From the NCBI GenBank assembly GCA_002470645.1, contig DKNE01000024.1:8369-72368 (forward strand): DNA of 64,000 nucleotides, written 5' to 3'. Within the stretch, counting starts at the first letter, position 1. Every line of letters begins with the position of its first letter. Positions 59,284-64,000 of this stretch are shown here, piece by piece. The notes under the pieces were generated by a model. It made no database searches. It was not told the DNA's origin and worked only from the letters and a program-made list of their open reading frames with translations. The translations under genes were made by a program, and so were the position numbers. This stretch comes from Patescibacteria group bacterium UBA7396. GTDB lineage: Bacteria > Patescibacteriota > Gracilibacteria > BD1-5 > UBA6164.

Positions 59284-61086
59284 TTAATCTTTACTTCTTC
59301 CGTATTTTTTTCTTTCGGTCTCAGTCAAATATTTTTTTCTTAATCTAATACTTAATGGAGTTACTTCAACGTATTCATCAGGTCCAATATAATCTATGGC
59401 TTCTTCTAAAGTCATTCTTTTTGGTGTTACAAGTCTAAGAGCTTCATCTGTACCAGATGCTCTTACATTCGTAAGTTGCTTATTTTTAGTAGCATTCACT
59501 ACGAGTTCACCTCATTTTAAATGTTCCCCGATAATCATTCCTTCATAAATAGCAACTGCTGGGTCAACAAATAATGGACCTCTTTCTTGTAATTTCCATA
59601 GTGAGTATGCCATAGTTGCACCAGTTTCACCTGAAACCATACTTCAAACTTCTCTTTTTTCAATAGGACCTTTATATGGAGCAAATTCTTCAAAAGCAGA
59701 AGTTAAAATTCATTCTCATTTGGTAATAGTTGTAAATTCTGATTTAAACCCTAAAAGTCATCTAGTTGGAACTTTAAATTCCATAGAAACTTGACCGTTT
59801 TCATCAATCATATTTATCATTTCTCATTTTCTTTTCCCAAGTTTTTCAATAACAGCTCCTGATGATTCACTTGGAACAGAAACTGCAACTCTTTCTATAG
59901 GTTCCATTTTTACTCCATTTTCTACGTGCATAATTACTTCTGGAGCTCAAACTTGAAGTTCATAACCTTCTCTTCTCATAGTTTCTATAAGTACAGATAA
60001 ATGTAATTCTCATCTTCCTGAAACGATATAATTATCTCAAGAATCAAAATCTATTTTCAATCCTACATTAGTTTCTAATTCTTTTTCAAGTCTATCTCTA
60101 ATTTGTCTTCCTGTAACCATTTTTCCTTCTTTTCCACAAAATGGAGAATTATTTACTAAAAATTCCATTTTTAAAGTTGGTTCATCAATAGTAATAGCTG
60201 GAAGTGCTGGAACATCCATATTTTCTGCGATAGTTTCTCATACGAAAATATCTGGGATTCAGGAAATTGTTATGATATCTCAAGCAAATACTTCTTTTAC
60301 TTTTATTTTATTGAGTCATTGATTAGTTAACACTTCTGCAATTTTTCCTTTTCTTTGTACTCAAGCATTGCTCGTAATAACTACTTCTTGTCCAACTTTT
60401 ACTTTTCACTCATATACTCTTCCGATAGCAAGTCTTCCTAAAAAGTTATCATATGCAAGATTTGCTACTTGCATTCTAAATGGTTTCTCTACTTCATTCG
60501 CTGCTTCTGGAACTTTTTCCAAAATCATTTCATATAGTGGAGTGATATCATTTGAGACATCTTCAAGATTTCTTTTTGCTATTCCATCTCTTGCAATAGC
60601 ATAACACACAGAAAAATCAAGTTGTTCATCATTGGCTCCAAGCGTAACAAAGAGATCAAATAATTGATCAACTACCCAATCTGGTCTTGCCGCTGGTTTA
60701 TCAATTTTATTAATAATAACGAGTGGTTTTAACCCAAGTTGTAACGCTTTTTTCAGTACAAATTTTGTTTGTGGCATTGGTCATTCGTAAGCATCAACTA
60801 CGAGACAAACACTATCAACCATTCTTAGAACTCTCTCCACCTCTGAACCAAAGTCAGCATGCCCTGGAGTATCAACAATATTAATTTTATTTCCCTTATA
60901 AAATATTGAGGTATTTTTTGCATAAATAGTAATCCCTCTTTCCTTTTCTTGATCATTACTATCCATTATTCAAGCTTCTACTTTTTCATTCTCTCTGAAA
61001 GTTCCAGATTGTTTAAGTAAAGCATCAACTAAAGTAGTTTTTCCGTGATCTACGTGCGCGATAATCGCGATATTTCTAAACGACAT
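59284..61086 (-). CDS. typA: Translational GTPase TypA/BipA (600 aa)
   Basis: The sequence contains [51 protein letters not shown] and INKIDKP. The C-terminal tail is [17 protein letters not shown]. Four track ORFs are in one frame joined by TGA. ATG at 61086-61084, TAA at 59286-59284. Confidence 0.95.
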
Positions 61087-61163
61087 AAAAAAAAATTAAA
61101 AATTAATAATGAATAATTATAATGAAGCAAATTTCATACTAAAATTATTGCTATAAAAAAAAG

Positions 61164-61190
61164 AAAAAGTATTTTTTGAAAATACTTTTT
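61164..61190. terminator. Symmetric hairpin with flanking A/T runs (second terminator of the rpsF operon or attenuator ahead of typA)
   Basis: The hairpin is AAAAAGTATTTT-ttg-AAAATACTTTTT. Confidence 0.45.
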
Positions 61191-61235
61191 TATTTTCGCC
61201 AAATAGTATAAAAAAAAAATTAAAAAAGTAAAATA

Positions 61236-61268
61236 AAAATGCTTTAAGAAATTTTCTTAAAGCATTTT
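61236..61268 (-). terminator. Rho-independent terminator after rpsR
   Basis: AAAATGCTTTAAGAA / TTCTTAAAGCATTTT forms a 15-bp stem with a 3-nt loop and a T-rich tail on the minus strand. Confidence 0.8.
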
Positions 61269-61273
61269 TATTT

Positions 61274-61492
61274 TTAACTATTAAAGTTTGGATCAAATCT
61301 GCTAACAAAAGGAAGTAATGCAACCATTCTTGCTCTTTTTATTGCTACAGCTAATTTTTTTTGATTTTTAAGTGATACTCCAGTATAATATCTTGGAGTA
61401 ATTTTTCCAAATTTTGTTATATACTTCTTTAGAAGTTCTACATCTTTGTAGTCAATTACAACCCCTTCTAAAGGACATTTTGAATTTGCCAT
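61274..61492 (-). CDS. rpsR: 30S ribosomal protein S18 (72 aa)
   Basis: The sequence ...[49 protein letters not shown] is typical of S18. The gene contains no TGA codon. Confidence 0.95.
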   Translation of the reverse strand: MANSKCPLEGVVIDYKDVELLKKYITKFGKITPRYYTGVSLKNQKKLAVAIKRARMVALLPFVSRFDPNFNS

Positions 61493-61517
61493 GGTAAGTT
61501 AATTATAAAAATAAAAA

Positions 61518-61916
61518 TTAAAATTTATCATCTTCTTCAATATGTTCATCATCATGATCAATTTCATCAATTGATTCAAAATCAGATTTTTTATTTAAGA
61601 AGATAAGGCTTGAAATTACGATTTCTGTTTTATATGATTTTGTTCCGTCTTCTTTTTCAACCACTCTTGTTCTGAGTCTTCATTCTACATATACGAGTTT
61701 TCCTTTTGTTAAGAACTTTTCAGCTCTTTCAGCTAAATTCCCCCATGCAACACAATTATGAAACTCACTTTCTGATTTATTTTCTCATTCAGAAGTTTTA
61801 TAATATCTGTTAGTAGCAAGAGAAAAGAGAGCTACTTTTTTACTATTATCAGTATTTTTCACTAAAGGGTCTCTGGTAACATTTCCGATTAGTATAACTT
61901 TGTTTACCGTTCTCAT
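61518..61916 (-). CDS. ssb: Single-stranded DNA-binding protein (132 aa)
   Basis: The sequence is MRTVNKVILIGNVTRDPLVK...[32 protein letters not shown].... The acidic tail ends in DDKF. Two Gly are encoded by TGA. Confidence 0.9.
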
Positions 61917-61934
61917 CTTATATGCATTAAAAAA

Positions 61935-62222
61935 TTAAACATCTTGTCTTACGAACATATGTCTCCAAATATTGAGATCTAAGTTCATAAGTTTAGTAAT
62001 TTCTACGATACTTTTCCCGTTCATTTCTAAAGTAAAAAGTACATAAAAACCTCTATCAGAAGAATTAATTTTGTAAGCAAGTTTTTTATCTCACCAAACA
62101 TCTTCTTTTTCAATTTTTGCTCCAGTATTTGTTAAAGCAGTTTTTACATTTTCTAAAGTTGTATTTCTATCAGCTTCAGAAATGCTTGGATTAACAATGA
62201 GCATAAGTTCATATTTTGCCAT
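61935..62222 (-). CDS. rpsF: 30S ribosomal protein S6 (95 aa)
   Basis: The sequence is MAKYELMLIVNPSISEADRNTTLENVKTAL...WGDKKLAYKINSSDRGFYVLF. It is part of the canonical rpsF-ssb-rpsR order. Confidence 0.9.
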
Positions 62223-62242
62223 ATATTTCCTATGGGTTAATA

Positions 62243-62263
62243 TCTTTCATGATTCATGAAAGA
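62243..62263 (-). promoter_or_regulatory. 10-bp perfect inverted repeat in the rpsF 5' leader
   Basis: TCTTTCATGA-t-TCATGAAAGA lies 21-41 nt upstream of the rpsF ATG, downstream of the predicted promoter. Confidence 0.4.
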
Positions 62264-62298
62264 AGGATATAAAATTGCTTTTATAAAAAGCTTGGAGT

Positions 62299-62326
62299 AT
62301 TGTATGAAAAATATGATTTTTGTCAA
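62299..62326 (-). promoter_or_regulatory. Promoter candidate for rpsF-ssb-rpsR (TTGACA-16 nt-TACAAT on the minus strand)
   Basis: On the plus strand, TGTCAA lies at 62321-62326 and ATTGTA at 62299-62304. Confidence 0.5.
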
Positions 62327-62411
62327 AAAATAATGTGGAAAATTCTGTAATAGTTTAAATGGATGGCTCGTTATTTATTCTATTTAAAGGTTTTTTTAAA
62401 ATTAATATATT

Positions 62412-62555
62412 GCCTAACGTTTAAGGATATGAGAAGTTTACAAAAATACCTTTGAATTTCAATTTTGAATTTTTGTAAACTTGGGAGAAAGAAATTTGAC
62501 TTCCTTTGAATATTTTTTGTTCCAAATTTCTTGAACCTCATATCCTTTGTTATGT
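62412..62555 (-). other. 144-nt structured element with attC-like organisation directly after the GNAT stop
   Basis: Read on the minus strand, ACATAAC (62555-62549) is followed by an 11-bp outer stem, AAGGATATGAG (62547-62537) pairing with CTCATATCCTT (62433-62423). Two internal hairpins follow, with 10-bp and 14-bp stems, and both loops carry the same 9-mer. The element ends AAAC-GTTAGGC (62418-62412). Confidence 0.35.
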
Positions 62556-62559
62556 GATG

Positions 62560-63046
62560 TTACAAAATTTTTTTGATCATTGTTATCAGTCTATCTTGAT
62601 ACCCTAGTTTTTGGTAAAAATTATGTGTCTTTTTATTTGGTTCAAATATATCAACTGAAATAATATTGCATTTATGAATTTGAAAATATTCCTCCATTTG
62701 TTTCATAAGCAAAGAGCCAATATTTTTGCCACGATATTTTTCACTAACAATTAATTCTAAAATTATTCCAACTTTTGAAGGAATACACTCCAATTTTTCT
62801 TCTTCTGAAGACTCTTCAATAATACCGGCTATTATACCAACTGGAATATTTTCAAATTCTGCTATATAGATTATTCCATGATTTTGTTCAATCTTTTTTA
62901 GTGTATTGTTGATATATATATCTCCATATTCAGGCAATCTTCTTAATCTTTGCAATGGATCTATTTGAAACCAAATAATCTTGCAACTCTTCAATTAGAT
63001 TCACAAGAACTTCTTTATTGCCATTATATTCAATAATTTTTATCAT
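62560..63046 (-). pseudogene. GNAT-family N-acetyltransferase with an apparent single-nucleotide frameshift near 62965-62980
   Basis: The frame with ATG at 63046 gives MIKIIEYNGNKEVLVNLIEELQDYLV. The rest of the fold lies in the +1 frame (track ORF 62560..62994), including the acetyl-CoA motif ELIVSEKYRGKNIGSLLM. That frame is closed by TAA at 62997-62995 just upstream and has no ATG until far downstream. Joined, the product is about 162 aa. Confidence 0.6.
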
Positions 63047-63088
63047 ATTTATAACGATGATTTACAGTATAAAAAATTTTGTAATTTT

Positions 63089-63154
63089 ACATAACGCTTG
63101 CTTCTATGAGATGTTTTGCGAAGTTGAGCAAAATATGGGAGAGTGAAGTGTAAC
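63089..63154 (-). other. Second, shorter copy of the TATGAGA-hairpin-TGGGAGA element, ending (minus strand) in GTTATGT
   Basis: On the plus strand the element runs ACATAAC (63089-63095), TATGAGA (63105-63111), an 8-bp hairpin (63112-63135), TGGGAGA (63136-63142), then GTGTAAC (63148-63154). Its flanks are the same as in the 62428-62488 copy but the stem sequence is completely different. Confidence 0.35.
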
Positions 63155-63321
63155 GAGGGTTTACCGTATTTCTTTTGGATTTATATTATTTTGTAAAAGC
63201 ATTTTTCTCTTTAAAAAAGAGGATTTGTTTTTAAATTTTAAAAAAGAAGGGGCTGGATGATAGTCCAGAGAGAGTTCCTCAGAGCTTGAATAAAATAAAA
63301 AACTTAGTTTTCCAAACTATA

Positions 63322-63350
63322 AAAAGATATAATTTTATATTATATCTTTT
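63322..63350 (-). terminator. Hairpin overlapping the serS stop (probable terminator)
   Basis: AAAAGATATAAT-tttat-ATTATATCTTTT forms a 12-bp stem. The serS stop codon lies in the loop. Confidence 0.5.
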
Positions 63351-64000
63351 CATAACATATATGGTCTTAAAACTTCTGGTATAATCACATTTCCATTAAC
63401 AGTTTGATAGTTTTCTATAATTGCAACAAGTATACGTCAACAAGCAAAAGCTGTTGCATCATTTGTATGTACCAACTCAAGATTTCAATTATTACGACGA
63501 ACACGTGTTTGTAATCTTCTAGATTGATAATCAGTCATATAATCTGCTGTATGTGTTTCACGATACTTATTTTGTCAAGGTAACCATGCTTCAATATCAG
63601 ATCATTTAGCATTTGGTTTACCTATATCAAAAGTACATTTCTGCAATTTTTGATATGGTAATCTTAATTTTTGCATCATATATTCTTGAATAGCTGAAAA
63701 AAATAAATGCTCATCATGTGATAATTCTGCAACAGAAAAACTTTCCATTTCTAATTTATCAAATTGATGCATACGAATAATTCATTCCATATCTTTTCAG
63801 TATGTTCAAGCTTCTCAACGAAAACTTGTAGCATATCATATATATCTTATTGGCATATCTTTTTCATCAAAAATTTCGTTTGCATGCATTGATCATAAAA
63901 CATGTTCAGCTGATCACTGTAACCACAAATCTTGACCTTCTATTTTGTAACGATCTTCTTTTGGTTCTAAACGATCCATTGCATCATACAAAGCTGTTTT
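63335..64000 (-). CDS. serS: Serine--tRNA ligase, C-terminal 221 aa; 5' end lies beyond the window end
   Basis: Class II motifs are present: [58 protein letters not shown], and HTNDATAFACGRILVAIIENYQ. Gly is encoded by TGA at several positions. The stop is TAA at 63337-63335. Confidence 0.9.

Noticed and set aside
63249-63300. A GGGGCTGGATGATAGTCCAG... sequence that resembles a tmRNA or SRP RNA 5' end.
   Set aside because: No tRNA-like acceptor/T-arm partner, no resume-codon or tag ORF, and no SRP domain IV motif (GGAA...AGCA) is present. There is too little room before serS for a tmRNA of about 350 nt.
1-64000. An alternative reading of TGA as Trp (table 4, Mollicutes-like), suggested by the low GC content.
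   Set aside because: Aligned TGA positions are invariant Gly (P-loops GxxGxGKS/T, NTDAEGR, QGGDP, IRGGG). TGG is still used at Trp-like positions.
1-64000. I searched by eye for CRISPR arrays, tRNA/rRNA genes, IS elements or transposases, integrases and prophage genes.
   Set aside because: I found no regularly spaced direct repeats, no T-loop (GGTTCGAAT-like) sequence in an intergenic context, and no transposase or integrase-like translation. An eye search is not exhaustive, so tRNAscan-SE, Infernal and ISEScan should be run.

Overview
This is a very AT-rich bacterial chromosome segment in which in-frame TGA falls on invariant glycine positions of many unrelated conserved proteins. I therefore read the window with translation table 25 (UGA=Gly), the Gracilibacteria / Absconditabacteria (SR1) type of CPR/Patescibacteria. 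The supplied standard-code ORF track is heavily fragmented as a result, and I re-delimited genes by hand using only TAA/TAG as stops. That gives about 42 tightly packed genes. No rRNA, tRNA, CRISPR array, IS element or prophage was recognised, and Shine-Dalgarno motifs are essentially absent.

Housekeeping genes: ctp-like S41 peptidase, pepA, comFC, uvrA, murB, a DHH phosphoesterase, rluB, an exonuclease-DinG fusion, mfd, tsaB, lysS, dnaE, alsS-like, an aldehyde dehydrogenase, typA, rpsF-ssb-rpsR and serS.

Cell-envelope block: two bitopic membrane proteins, a short PilB ATPase and PilC, followed by a 1118-aa SLH-type S-layer-like protein.

Most notable observations:
- The S-layer-like gene contains no UGA codon at all (82 Gly, all GGN) and has a roughly 300-400 nt structured leader.
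- A thioredoxin-like lipoprotein ORF ends in a UGA that is in frame with, and 6 nt upstream of, a cyclophilin-FKBP dual PPIase gene. Under table 25 this predicts a 503-aa tri-functional folding lipoprotein.
- An autonomous, very AT-rich three-gene cassette (two SF1/UvrD-like helicases flanking a 541-aa coiled-coil protein) sits beside a SAMHD1-like HD hydrolase. It is a candidate uncharacterised defence or accessory system.
- A 13.25-kb single ORF (about 4400 aa) encodes a giant secreted multidomain protein, with an extraordinarily UGA-dense Gly/Cys-rich core.
- A UGA-free, frameshifted GNAT gene is bracketed by structured elements with integron attC-like core sites.
- An orphan promoter/strong-SD/mini-ORF/terminator unit has an antisense strand that mimics the 16S rRNA 3' tail.
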